61,044 nucleotides of DNA from Chloroflexota bacterium (GTDB lineage Bacteria; Chloroflexota; Limnocylindria; QHBO01): assembly GCA_024636135.1 (NCBI GenBank), contig JAGXHP010000039.1, positions 1 through 61,044 on the forward strand, read 5' to 3'. Position 1 is the stretch's first letter. The number at the start of each line of letters is the position of its first letter. The position numbers and the translations under genes were made by a program. Below the pieces are notes generated by a model that was not told where the DNA came from, ran no database searches, and saw nothing but the letters and a program-made list of their open reading frames with translations. Positions 46,270 to 56,435 of this stretch are shown here, piece after piece.

Positions 46270-47039
46270 CGCTCAGCCTCACGGTGTTGGGCCGGTCGCC
46301 GGCTCGACCCAACCCGGGCGAGGCCTGTGCCGGCTACCTCGTCGAGGGGGGAGGCTCGCGGGTCCTGGTCGACATCGGCCCGGGCATCGTCGCGCAGCTC
46401 CTGCTGCGCCATCATCCGGACGAGCTGGATGCCGTGATCGTGAGCCACATGCACGCCGATCACATGCTCGACCTCGTCACGCTGCGCTACGTCTATCCCT
46501 GGCGGCGCCTGGCGGCCGATGAGCGGTTGCGAGTCATCATGCCGCCCGGCTCGGCGGACCAGCTGCTGGACCTGGCGCGCGGGGTCGGCGGGCCACGCCA
46601 TTTCGAGGATGCGTTCCAGCTCAGCGAGCACGACGGATCGAGCACCTTCCGCGCCGGCAAGATCCAGGTCCAGCCACGCGAGACGCAGCACTACATCCCG
46701 TGCTGGGGATTTCGCTTCTCCGAGGGCGGCCGCGTCCTCTCGTACACGGCCGACACCGGACCCTGCGGCGGCCTCGACGAGCTGGCGGACGGCGCGAACC
46801 TTCTGCTCAGCGAAGCCACGCTCCGCTCGCTGGACGAAGATGCCCAGCCTCCCGAGCCGCGGGGCCATCTCCTCCCCGCCGAAGCGGGTGAGGCAGCTCG
46901 CCTCGGCGGCGTCGAGCGTCTCGTGCTGACCCACCTGCCGGTCGACCATGACGAGGTGTCGACCTTCCGGGCCCAGGCCCAGGAGGTCTTCGAGGGAACC
47001 GTCGAGATCGCCACGCCGGGGCGAAGCTACGACGTCTGA
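46266..47039 (+). CDS. MBL-fold metallo-hydrolase
   Basis: I start the gene at MTLSLTVLG. The metal motif is VSHMHADHMLD (HxHxDH). GGAGG lies 7 nt upstream. Confidence 0.75.
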   Translation: MTLSLTVLGRSPARPNPGEACAGYLVEGGGSRVLVDIGPGIVAQLLLRHHPDELDAVIVSHMHADHMLDLVTLRYVYPWRRLAADERLRVIMPPGSADQLLDLARGVGGPRHFEDAFQLSEHDGSSTFRAGKIQVQPRETQHYIPCWGFRFSEGGRVLSYTADTGPCGGLDELADGANLLLSEATLRSLDEDAQPPEPRGHLLPAEAGEAARLGGVERLVLTHLPVDHDEVSTFRAQAQEVFEGTVEIATPGRSYDV

Positions 47040-47557
47040 TCCGGCTCCGGCACCCGGGCACGGGCAATCCAGCGATCGGCTCCCCACGTGGCGACTCCCC
47101 AGACCAGCGCAAGACCGACGGCCATGCCCAGCATGAGACCCGCTGCTGCGACGGCCCCGATCCCGGGAAGCGCCCCCGCCAGCACCAGGACCGCCATCAG
47201 GATCACGACGAGCACGATGGCAACCATGACCAGCGCAATCTTCACCCCGGTGGCTAAAAACCAGCCGAGGGTGTGGCCCTGGGCTCGGCCCGCCAGCCAC
47301 AGCACGCAGGGCCCGGCGGCGCCCGCCAGGGCCGTGTAGAAGCCGAAGCCACTGAACAGCGCCCCGACACCAAGGCGCTCGCCCGTGACGATCCAGAAGT
47401 AGAACCAGCCCGCGAGCAGCGTCGAGAGACCGCCGACCCCGATGAGCCACACCAGGAGCAGGGTCGCCGTCCCGCCCGACAGCCGCTCCACGAGCTCGCC
47501 CTCGGCGCCCTCCACCAGCTCGGTCGGGCCGTCGTCGCGGATGCGCTGGTCGGTCAT
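47027..47557 (-). CDS. Hypothetical 4-5 TM membrane protein
   Basis: 176 aa and strongly hydrophobic. The ATG overlaps the stop codon of the upstream PLP enzyme gene (ATGA). Confidence 0.5.
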   Translation of the reverse strand: MTDQRIRDDGPTELVEGAEGELVERLSGGTATLLLVWLIGVGGLSTLLAGWFYFWIVTGERLGVGALFSGFGFYTALAGAAGPCVLWLAGRAQGHTLGWFLATGVKIALVMVAIVLVVILMAVLVLAGALPGIGAVAAAGLMLGMAVGLALVWGVATWGADRWIARARVPEPDQTS

Positions 47558-48708
47558 GGCGCGGATGCGTCGAACGCGGCCTCGAGGTCGCGGCGCAGAT
47601 CCTCGAGGGCCTCGATGCCGACACTGAGCCGAACGAGGCTGGGCGGCACCGCGAGGGCGGATCCCGCGACGGAGGCATGCGTCATCGGCGCCGGCACCTC
47701 GATCAGCGACTCCACGGCACCGAGCGATTCGGCCAGCGTGAACAGGCGCGTCGCGGCGGCAAATGCACGGGCGCGGGCCTCGCCCCCGTGTAGCTCGAAG
47801 CTCAGCATGGCCCCCGGCAGCCGCATCTGGCGCTCAACCAGCTCGCGCGCCGGATGGTCCGGGAGTCCGGGATAGTGCACGGCGGAGACCTCCGACCGCT
47901 CGGTGAGCCACTTGGCAAGGGCCGCCGCGGAGGCAGAGGCTCGATCCATGCGCACAGCGAGAGTCCGAATCCCGCGCAGGACAAGGAAGCAGTCGAAGGG
48001 GCTGGGGACCGCGCCGGCGGCGTTCTGATGAAATCGCAGCTGCTCGGCCAGCTCATCGGACCTGGTCGCCACGAGGCCGCCGATCACGTCCGAATGACCG
48101 CCGAGATACTTCGTGGCCGAGTGCAGCACGAGATCGGCCCCGAGCTCGAGTGGACGCTGCAGGTACGGCGTCGCGAAGGTGTTGTCGACCACCGTCAGCG
48201 CGCCAGCGTCCGCGGCGATGCGCCCGATGGCGGCGATGTCGATGACCTTGAGCAGTGGATTGGATGGCGTCTCGATCCAGACCATGCTCGGTGGGCGATC
48301 TCCGGCGAGCGCCGCCGCAACGGCCCGCTCGTCGCGCAGGTCGATCGTATCGGTCTCGATCCCATACCGGCGCCAGACCTTGTCCGCCAGCCGCCAGGTG
48401 CCGCCGTAGACGTCGTCGCTCATGAGCAGGCGGTCGCCCGGCTCGAGCAGGTAGAGGACGTTCTGCGTCGCCGCCAGGCCCGACGCGTAGGCAAGCCCAT
48501 GCGTCGCTCCCTCGAGTGCGGCGATGGCGTCTTCGAGCGCGAGGCGTGTCGGGTTTCCGCTGCGTCCGTACTCGAATCCTCCTCGCAGTCCGCCGACGCC
48601 GTCCTGCTTGAAGGTGGTGCTCATCTGGATGGCGGGCACGACCGCGCCGGTGTGCGGGTCCGGCTCTGCGCCGGCATGGACGGCGAGCGTCTCGATTCGG
48701 TCGGTCAC
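47554..48708 (-). CDS. Cystathionine gamma-synthase/gamma-lyase family PLP enzyme
   Basis: The GTG start at 48708 gives [13 protein letters not shown]. The PLP-lysine region is [12 protein letters not shown], placing it in the Cys/Met metabolism family. Confidence 0.8.
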   Translation of the reverse strand: MTDRIETLAVHAGAEPDPHTGAVVPAIQMSTTFKQDGVGGLRGGFEYGRSGNPTRLALEDAIAALEGATHGLAYASGLAATQNVLYLLEPGDRLLMSDDVYGGTWRLADKVWRRYGIETDTIDLRDERAVAAALAGDRPPSMVWIETPSNPLLKVIDIAAIGRIAADAGALTVVDNTFATPYLQRPLELGADLVLHSATKYLGGHSDVIGGLVATRSDELAEQLRFHQNAAGAVPSPFDCFLVLRGIRTLAVRMDRASASAAALAKWLTERSEVSAVHYPGLPDHPARELVERQMRLPGAMLSFELHGGEARARAFAAATRLFTLAESLGAVESLIEVPAPMTHASVAGSALAVPPSLVRLSVGIEALEDLRRDLEAAFDASAP

Positions 48709-48751
48709 AGTCTCAGGTCGCCGAATGTATATCCGTATGTACCCCGCGCCC

Positions 48752-50296
<1,545 letters not shown>

Positions 50297-50401
50297 GAAC
50301 TCTCGTGCGCTCCTGATCCTGTGGTGAGCCTCAACGATACTCCCCGCCGCCATGGTCGTCAGCAGGCCGGCCGGTTCTGCAAGGCGCGGCGATGCGGACG
50401 A

Positions 50402-51451
50402 CTAGGCAGAGGCACCACGAGGAATCGCGTCCCCGGCGAGCACCACGTCAGGACGCGTGGCACGCCAGTCGTAGTCGTCGGGTGACTCGTCCGGGCCGAG
50501 AATGCGCTGGTCGCGGAGCCAATCGTCGTTGTAGAGCTTGGCCACGTAGTTACGGCCACCGTCCGGCAGGAGGACCACGAAGAGCGCGTCGGCATCGGTC
50601 ACGTCGCGCGCGACCTGGAGCGCTGCCCAGAGGGCGGTTCCGCACGACTCCCCCATGAGAATTCCCTCCCGGGCGGTGGCGGCGCGGGCGGTGAGGAACG
50701 AGTCGCGATCGCCGACGCGCACGACGATGTCGCAGACGCCGGCGTCGTAGGTCGCGGGCCAGAAATCCTCGCCGATGCCCTCCGTCAGGTACGGGCGCGG
50801 TGTGTCGCCGGAGTAGACCGACCCGGCCGGATCGGCTCCGACGATCGTGATCTGCGGGTTCCGCTCCTTGAGATAGCGCCCCGTGCCTGACACCGTGCCC
50901 CCGGTTCCGAGCGCGACCACCAGGTGCGTGATCCGTCCTTCGGTGGCCTCCCAGATCTCGGGCCCGGTCGTCGCGTGGTGGGCGGCCGGGTTGGCGTCGT
51001 TGTGATACTGGTCGGGCTTCCATGCCCCCGGCGTCTCGCGTGCCAGGCGGTCCGAGACGCGGTAGTAGGAACGCTCGTCATCCGGGTCGACATCCGTGGG
51101 GCAGACGACGACCTCGGCACCGTACGCGCGCAGGAGCGCGCGCTTCTCCTCGGACTGCTTGTCAGCCATCACGAAGATGCAGCGATATCCCTTCACGGCG
51201 GCGGCCTGGGCCAGGCCGACCCCGGTGTTGCCGCTCGTCGGTTCGACGATGACGCCGCCCGGCCTCAGCAAGCCTGCCGCCTCGGCCGCCTCGATCATCG
51301 GGATGGCGATGCGGTCCTTCACCGAACCGCCGGGGTTCATGTGCTCGAGCTTGCCGACGATGCGGGGCGTCAAGCCTCGCGCAAGCCGGTCGAGTGCGAC
51401 GAGAGGCGTGTCACCCACCGCGGCCGTGACATCGGGCAGGATGGTGCCCAC
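50402..51451 (-). CDS. Cystathionine beta-synthase / cysteine synthase-like PLP enzyme without CBS (Bateman) domains
   Basis: The PLP-Lys motif is NPGGSVKDRIA. Other motifs are TSGNTGVGLA and GTGGTVSG. I prefer the GTG at 51451, which leaves a 4-nt gap to the lgt stop codon. The ORF's ATG at 51505 would overlap lgt. Confidence 0.8.
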   Translation of the reverse strand: MGTILPDVTAAVGDTPLVALDRLARGLTPRIVGKLEHMNPGGSVKDRIAIPMIEAAEAAGLLRPGGVIVEPTSGNTGVGLAQAAAVKGYRCIFVMADKQSEEKRALLRAYGAEVVVCPTDVDPDDERSYYRVSDRLARETPGAWKPDQYHNDANPAAHHATTGPEIWEATEGRITHLVVALGTGGTVSGTGRYLKERNPQITIVGADPAGSVYSGDTPRPYLTEGIGEDFWPATYDAGVCDIVVRVGDRDSFLTARAATAREGILMGESCGTALWAALQVARDVTDADALFVVLLPDGGRNYVAKLYNDDWLRDQRILGPDESPDDYDWRATRPDVVLAGDAIPRGASA

Positions 51452-51455
51452 CGGC

Positions 51456-52355
51456 TCAGCCAGCGCTCGCCTCGGGCTGCGGCCGTGCCATCGGCTCGGC
51501 GGCACCGTCGTCCTCGGCGGGCCGGAGCATCGGCGAGCCCCAACCCCGGCGGTGGCGATAGATGAGCCAGGCGCCTGCCAGGACGAAGCCGAGGATGCCG
51601 ACCCACATCGCCGTGGGCAACCCGAGGATCGTCCAGTTTCCCGTCCGATACGTCTCGAGCAGGGTGCGGACGGCGCCGTACCACATGATGTACATGAGAG
51701 CTGCGTCGCCCGCGAAGAGCCGCGGCGCGAAGCGGCGGATGACGTACAGGATGACCAGCATCCCGATGAGGTTCAGCACCATCTCGTAGGCGAACAGCGG
51801 GACGAAGCTGGTGGTCTCGACGGGGAAGGCCGCCGCCCCCCATGGGGTGCCCTCGCGGTGCGCGGCGTCGATCGGGATGCCGAAGGGCAGGCATGGGGGA
51901 AACTCGGTCCCGCACAACGACGTGGGAGGGCCGTACAGCTCCTGGTTCACGAAGTTCCCGAGCCGTCCGATGACCTGGCCGAGCAACAGCGCCGGCGCGA
52001 AGATGTCCAGCCAGCGGGCCGTGTGCAGCCCACGCATGCGGGTGACGGCGAAGATGGCGAGCGCGCCGCCGGCGACGGCCCCGGGGATGCCGATGCCCCC
52101 GTTCCAGATCTGCGGGATCAGGGCGGGATTGTCGCGGTAGAAGTCCCAGAGATGGACGACGTGGTAGATCCGCGCCGCGATGACCGAGACGATGACGACG
52201 GGCAGCAGCATCGACCAGCCGTCGTCGGGGTCCTCGCCGAGCCACGTCGCCACCCGCGTCCCGAGCAGGCCGCCGATGAGGACGGCGCTCGCGATGATGA
52301 TGCCGTACCAGTGCAGCTGGAACGGGCCGATCTCAAGGGCGACGGGGTCGATCAC
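51456..52355 (-). CDS. lgt: Prolipoprotein diacylglyceryl transferase
   Basis: 299 aa with a GTG start. The N-terminus GPFQLHWYGIIIASAVL and the motifs GRLGNFVNQELYG and RHP-like are typical of Lgt. Confidence 0.85.
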   Translation of the reverse strand: MIDPVALEIGPFQLHWYGIIIASAVLIGGLLGTRVATWLGEDPDDGWSMLLPVVIVSVIAARIYHVVHLWDFYRDNPALIPQIWNGGIGIPGAVAGGALAIFAVTRMRGLHTARWLDIFAPALLLGQVIGRLGNFVNQELYGPPTSLCGTEFPPCLPFGIPIDAAHREGTPWGAAAFPVETTSFVPLFAYEMVLNLIGMLVILYVIRRFAPRLFAGDAALMYIMWYGAVRTLLETYRTGNWTILGLPTAMWVGILGFVLAGAWLIYRHRRGWGSPMLRPAEDDGAAEPMARPQPEASAG

Positions 52356-52361
52356 CCGGGG

Positions 52362-52367
52362 ATTCTA
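52362..52367 (-). promoter_or_regulatory. -10 box TAGAAT, leaderless lgt
   Basis: The minus strand reads TAGAAT-ccccgg-GTG, a 6-nt gap. TGACGC lies 17 nt further upstream as a possible -35. Confidence 0.45.
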
Positions 52368-52390
52368 GGCGGAGACTGTCGCCAGCGTCA

Positions 52391-52406
52391 TGTGAGCGCG
52401 CTCACA
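52391..52406. promoter_or_regulatory. Perfect CRP/GlxR-type operator TGTGAGCGCGCTCACA
   Basis: A 16-nt perfect palindrome with both TGTGA/TCACA half-sites and a 6-nt spacer. It is centred about 43 nt upstream of the lgt GTG and lies directly upstream of the inferred -35 position. Confidence 0.5.
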
Positions 52407-52614
52407 GTCCCGGCGAATTCTGGAGATTGATGACCACGTAGCGGCCGCTCAACGGAGCCGTCGACTGCGCGCCGGGTCCCGCGGAGCCTTGCTGACAGGC
52501 ATGGCAGAGGAAGCCCTCCTCGCCGGTCACGATGTCTCGCCCGCGCTTGCGAGCGCTGAACAGCCGTGTGCCGACGCGGGTGTCCCGCTGACATGAGATG
52601 CATGGCTCAGGCAT
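52402..52614 (-). CDS. Small CxxC...CxxC (zinc-ribbon-like) protein, 70 aa
   Basis: GGGAGGG lies 8 nt upstream of the ATG. The cysteine pairs are CISC and CHAC, separated by 31 residues. GC3 is coding-like. Confidence 0.5.
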   Translation of the reverse strand: MPEPCISCQRDTRVGTRLFSARKRGRDIVTGEEGFLCHACQQGSAGPGAQSTAPLSGRYVVINLQNSPGL

Positions 52615-52734
52615 GGATCAGTCCCTCCCTGGACGAAGGATAGGCCGATCTCCCACGATGGCAACGGCTCGATGCCACGGAGCCATGTGATTGACGATCC
52701 ACCGGGCGTAGAGTGCGCATCGAGGAGGACTCCG

Positions 52735-54039
52735 ATGTCCATCGCGGCCCCTGGTGCAGGCTCTGGCGCCCGGCTTCCGATGTCGCAGCTGGTGACGCTG
52801 TCGATCTACTGGCTCGGCATCCAGACCATCTGGGGCGGCCTCAACATCACGATCCTCCCGGGCCGTCTCGACGACGTGAGCCGCGACACACAGGGGACGA
52901 TGCTGGCGGTGATCATGGTCGTGGGCGCCGTGGCGCCGATCCTGATCCAGCCGACGGTCGGCGTGATCAGCGACTACACGGTCAGTCGATGGGGCCGTCG
53001 CAAGCCGTACATCGTGGCGGGCACCCTGCTCGACGTCGTATTCCTGGCCGGCCTCGCGTTCAACTCCGACTTCATCGCCATGGTGGCCTTCTACTTCCTG
53101 CTGCAGGTGAGCTCCAACCTGGCACAGGGGCCGTTCCAGGGATACGTCCCCGACCTCGTCCCGGCGCGTCAGGTGGGGGTGGCCAGCGGTCTGATGGGAC
53201 TGATGCTGACCCTTGGGACCATCGCCGGCGTGGGGATCGCGACGCTCGGCGGCATCGTCGACAACCTCGTGCTCGCCACCCTGGCGCTCGGCGTCGTGGA
53301 GCTGGTGACCATGGTCCTGCTCGTCGCCACGGTCGACGAGGGCCGGACCGCGCCACCGCGCACGCAGGGCTGGACCGCCGTCGCGCGATCAGCCTGGGGA
53401 CGCGACATCCTGGGCGAGCGCGATGTCCTCTGGCTGCTCGTCGTTCGGCTGCTGTTCCTTGGTGCCTACAACGCCACCCTCATCGCGATCGGCTACTTCC
53501 GACGCTCCCATGGACTCTCCGACGCCGACGCCGACGCGACGGTCTTCCTGACCACGGCCATCGTCGGCGCCTCGACCGCCCTGGCGGCCCTCCCCGGCGG
53601 CCGGCTCTCCGATCGGCTCGGGCGGCGACCGGTGATCTGGGGAGCGGCTGCCATCGCCGGGATCGGGCTGGCGGGCGTGGCGCTGGCACCGAGCCCTGCC
53701 GTCGCCGTGGCGGCCTGGATTCCGTTCGGCATCGGGATGGGAGTGTTCCTCTCGGCCGATTGGGCGCTCATGGCCGACGTCATCCCCAAGCACACCGCCG
53801 GCCGCTACATGGGCATCCTCAATGCCGGTACGGCAATGGCCGGGCCTGTCTTCATCATCGTCGCCGGGCCGGTGCAGGACCTCGTTTCCGGGGCGTTCGG
53901 CGATGGAACCGGCCCCCGGGCGGCGATGGGAGTCGCGGCCGTCTTCGTGGCCCTGTCGGCGATTGCCCTCACCCGTGTCGACCCTCGTCGGCGGGACGAT
54001 GCCACACCACCTGTCGCCGCCATTGGGGCCGCGCCATGA
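52735..54039 (+). CDS. MFS transporter
   Basis: The ATG is preceded by GAGGAGGA with 6-nt spacing. The protein has about 12 TM helices. It is the first gene of a tightly packed 4-gene operon. Confidence 0.75.
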   Translation: MSIAAPGAGSGARLPMSQLVTLSIYWLGIQTIWGGLNITILPGRLDDVSRDTQGTMLAVIMVVGAVAPILIQPTVGVISDYTVSRWGRRKPYIVAGTLLDVVFLAGLAFNSDFIAMVAFYFLLQVSSNLAQGPFQGYVPDLVPARQVGVASGLMGLMLTLGTIAGVGIATLGGIVDNLVLATLALGVVELVTMVLLVATVDEGRTAPPRTQGWTAVARSAWGRDILGERDVLWLLVVRLLFLGAYNATLIAIGYFRRSHGLSDADADATVFLTTAIVGASTALAALPGGRLSDRLGRRPVIWGAAAIAGIGLAGVALAPSPAVAVAAWIPFGIGMGVFLSADWALMADVIPKHTAGRYMGILNAGTAMAGPVFIIVAGPVQDLVSGAFGDGTGPRAAMGVAAVFVALSAIALTRVDPRRRDDATPPVAAIGAAP

Positions 54040-54794
54040 CGGAGAACACGCGACGGGCGAGGACCGGCCCGCGAGAGCTGAGCGTGTCGGTCACCGGCAG
54101 ATATCGGGTCATGTGGTGGGTCAACCGCACGGTGATTCGGATGCTGTTCGACGTTCGGGTATCCGGGCTCGACACCTGGCCGGCCCCACCGTTCCAGCTG
54201 GTTGCGAATCATCACAACGGGTTCGACCCGCTGGTGATCATGGCGGCACTTCCGCTCGAGCCGCGGATCACGTGGTTCGGGCCTCGCGAGGCCGATTTCA
54301 GCCGCGGCTTCAAGAACCGGGTGATGGCGTTCTTCGGTGGCGTCATCCCGGTCCACCCGGAGATGACGACGCTGACCTCAGCGGTGCGAGCGGTCCGGCG
54401 CGTGTTCGATGCCAACGGCGTGCTCGGGATCTTCGCCGAGGGCCGGATCGGCTTCCGTGAGAGTGACCTTCTCGAGTTCGAGGACGGCGCCGCCGCCTTT
54501 GCCATTGGATCGGGCGTCCCGGTCGTGCCCTGCGCCGTCGTCGGGACCACCCACCTGTGGTTCCGAAAGCGCCTGAGCGTGCGCTTCGGGCCACCCATCC
54601 CGCCGGAGGGAGCCCGGGGTCGAGCGGCACGATCCGAGCTCGAGCAGCGTACCCACGTCGCGGTGCGTGCGTTGCTGCCGCCCATCGAACCGCAGCTTCC
54701 CGCGCGGCGACCCATGGCCTTCCTGACCGACCTGCTCAACGGGCAGGACGACATCCAGCGCCGGACGACCGAGGATCCGGCCTACCCTCGCTGA
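54036..54794 (+). CDS. PlsC-family lysophospholipid/1-acylglycerol-3-phosphate acyltransferase
   Basis: The ATG overlaps the MFS stop codon (ATGA). The HX4D motif is NHHNGFD, and a further family motif is FAEGRIG. Confidence 0.75.
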   Translation: MTENTRRARTGPRELSVSVTGRYRVMWWVNRTVIRMLFDVRVSGLDTWPAPPFQLVANHHNGFDPLVIMAALPLEPRITWFGPREADFSRGFKNRVMAFFGGVIPVHPEMTTLTSAVRAVRRVFDANGVLGIFAEGRIGFRESDLLEFEDGAAAFAIGSGVPVVPCAVVGTTHLWFRKRLSVRFGPPIPPEGARGRAARSELEQRTHVAVRALLPPIEPQLPARRPMAFLTDLLNGQDDIQRRTTEDPAYPR

Positions 54795-54796
54795 TC

Positions 54797-56425
54797 ATGG
54801 AAGCCATCCGCAGCGTCCTACGCCTCGCGCACTGCCGCCGCATCGAGGCCGGTTGGCTGGCGTCGCTTGCAGGGGAACTGGCCGGCACGATTGCCCTGCT
54901 GGTCTACGCGTACGCCGAAGGCGGCGCCGGCCTCGTGGCCGTGTACGGCGTGGCGCGAACTCTCCCGGCCATGATCGTCACTCCCGCGATCGTCGGGCTC
55001 ACCGATCGAAGTGCGCCGGAGCGCGTGCTGCGCCTCACGGTCGTCAGCCGGACCGCGCTCCTCGTCGCGGCCGGGCTGGTGGCGCTGGGCGGTGGGCCGG
55101 CGCTGCTGGTCATCGGTGCCGGGGCGATCGGGTCGTGGCTGTCGGGCGCATACCGGCCGATCCAGGCCAGCGTCCTTCCCTGGCTGGTGCGCACCCCGGC
55201 GGAGCTGACCGCGGCCAACGTCGTGGCAGCCCTGGGCGAGAACGCCGGCGCCCTTGCCGGCCCGGTCCTGGCGGGGGCAGTGCTCGCGCTGTTCGGGGTT
55301 CCGGCCGCGATTCTCGTGGCCGCTGGCTTCGTGGGCGTCGGGGTGCTCGCCATCGCCCGCCTCGAAGTGACCGGGCGCGTCGCGGTCGACCACTCCGACG
55401 GCGCGGCGCCGATCGCGGCCATGGCGGCAGGTGCGGCGGATCTGGCGCGGCTCGTGCCGCCGGGCGGGGTCGTCGCGCTGGTGTTCGCACAGACATTCGT
55501 GCGCGGCGCATTGACTGTTCTCACAGTGGTCCTGGCGCTCGATGTCCTGCTCCTGGGCGAGGCAGCCGTCGGGTGGCTCACCGCGGCCACCGGACTGGGA
55601 GGGCTGGTCGGTAGCCTCGTGGCCGGCGCCGTCCTGACGGTCGACCGGCTTGCGCGCGGCTTCGTCGCGGGCCTGCTGCTGTGGGCCGTGCCGCTCGTCG
55701 TGCTCGCGCTCGTGCCTTCACCGGTGACGGCCTACGCCGCGCTCATCGTGGTCGGCGTCGGGAACGCTGTCGAGGACGTCGCCCTCTTCACGCTGGTGCC
55801 GCGCGCGTTCCGGCCACGATTCGTGGGACGCGCGCTCGGAGCGCTGGAGCTGACAGTGTTCGCGGGCATCGGCCTCGGGTCGCTGGCCGCTCCGGCGCTC
55901 GTCGACCTCCTTGGCGCGCTGGGCGCGGTGGGTGCGCTGGGCGCCGCCCTCGCCATGCTTGCGCTGGCCTATGCGCTTCGGTTCGTCCGCCTCGACGCCG
56001 ACCTTCCCCGACCCGGACCGTACGCTGCGGTTCTGCGCGAGGACCCGATCTTCTCGGCATTGCCGATGGCGACGATCGAGCTCCTGGCATCCCGGCTCAC
56101 GGAGCACCACTTCGACGCAGGCGACATCGTGATTCGCGAGGGTGACGCGGGTGACCAGTACCACATCGTGGTCTCGGGGACGGCATCCGTGACCGTCGCC
56201 GGTTCCGATCGCGGGCAGCTTGAGCGAGGCCAGGGCTTCGGCGAGATCGCCCTGCTGCGGAACGTCCCGCGCACCGCATCGGTGACGGCCGACGGCCGGC
56301 TTCAGACCGTGTCGCTGCCGCGGGACGAGTTCCTGGCCGCCATCGGCAGCAGCGGCGCCGCGACGGCCGCGGCCGAGCTCACGACGAGCAACCTGCTCGC
56401 GGCGGATCACGGCGCCGGCCGCTAG
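54797..56425 (+). CDS. MFS transporter fused to a C-terminal cyclic-nucleotide-binding domain
   Basis: The start is 2 nt after the plsC-like stop codon. The N-terminal ~410 aa form about 12 TM helices. The C-terminal cNMP domain has a phosphate-binding cassette, GFGEIALLRNVPRTASVTA. Confidence 0.8.
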   Translation: MEAIRSVLRLAHCRRIEAGWLASLAGELAGTIALLVYAYAEGGAGLVAVYGVARTLPAMIVTPAIVGLTDRSAPERVLRLTVVSRTALLVAAGLVALGGGPALLVIGAGAIGSWLSGAYRPIQASVLPWLVRTPAELTAANVVAALGENAGALAGPVLAGAVLALFGVPAAILVAAGFVGVGVLAIARLEVTGRVAVDHSDGAAPIAAMAAGAADLARLVPPGGVVALVFAQTFVRGALTVLTVVLALDVLLLGEAAVGWLTAATGLGGLVGSLVAGAVLTVDRLARGFVAGLLLWAVPLVVLALVPSPVTAYAALIVVGVGNAVEDVALFTLVPRAFRPRFVGRALGALELTVFAGIGLGSLAAPALVDLLGALGAVGALGAALAMLALAYALRFVRLDADLPRPGPYAAVLREDPIFSALPMATIELLASRLTEHHFDAGDIVIREGDAGDQYHIVVSGTASVTVAGSDRGQLERGQGFGEIALLRNVPRTASVTADGRLQTVSLPRDEFLAAIGSSGAATAAAELTTSNLLAADHGAGR

Positions 56426-56435
56426 GATCGGCGAC

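Noticed and set aside
46174-47039. PqqA/PqqB-like pair (small peptide followed by an MBL-fold protein)
   Set aside because: The peptide lacks the Glu-x3-Tyr core of PqqA. No pqqC, pqqD or pqqE-like genes (radical-SAM enzyme, PqqC) follow; the next gene is an opposite-strand membrane protein.
52391-52406. Reading the 16-nt palindrome as a Rho-independent terminator of the small CxxC ORF
   Set aside because: As a hairpin it would have only a 6-bp stem with a 4-nt loop. It overlaps the stop codon and has no U-tract. The exact TGTGA-N6-TCACA match argues for a protein-binding site.
52686-52713. A promoter TTGACG / TAGAGT, with an adjacent TGTGA half-site, for the MFS operon
   Set aside because: The spacer between TTGACG (52690-52695) and TAGAGT (52708-52713) is only 12 nt. 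The TGTGA has no TCACA partner at N6. The -10 box alone may be real, but the composite call is not supported.
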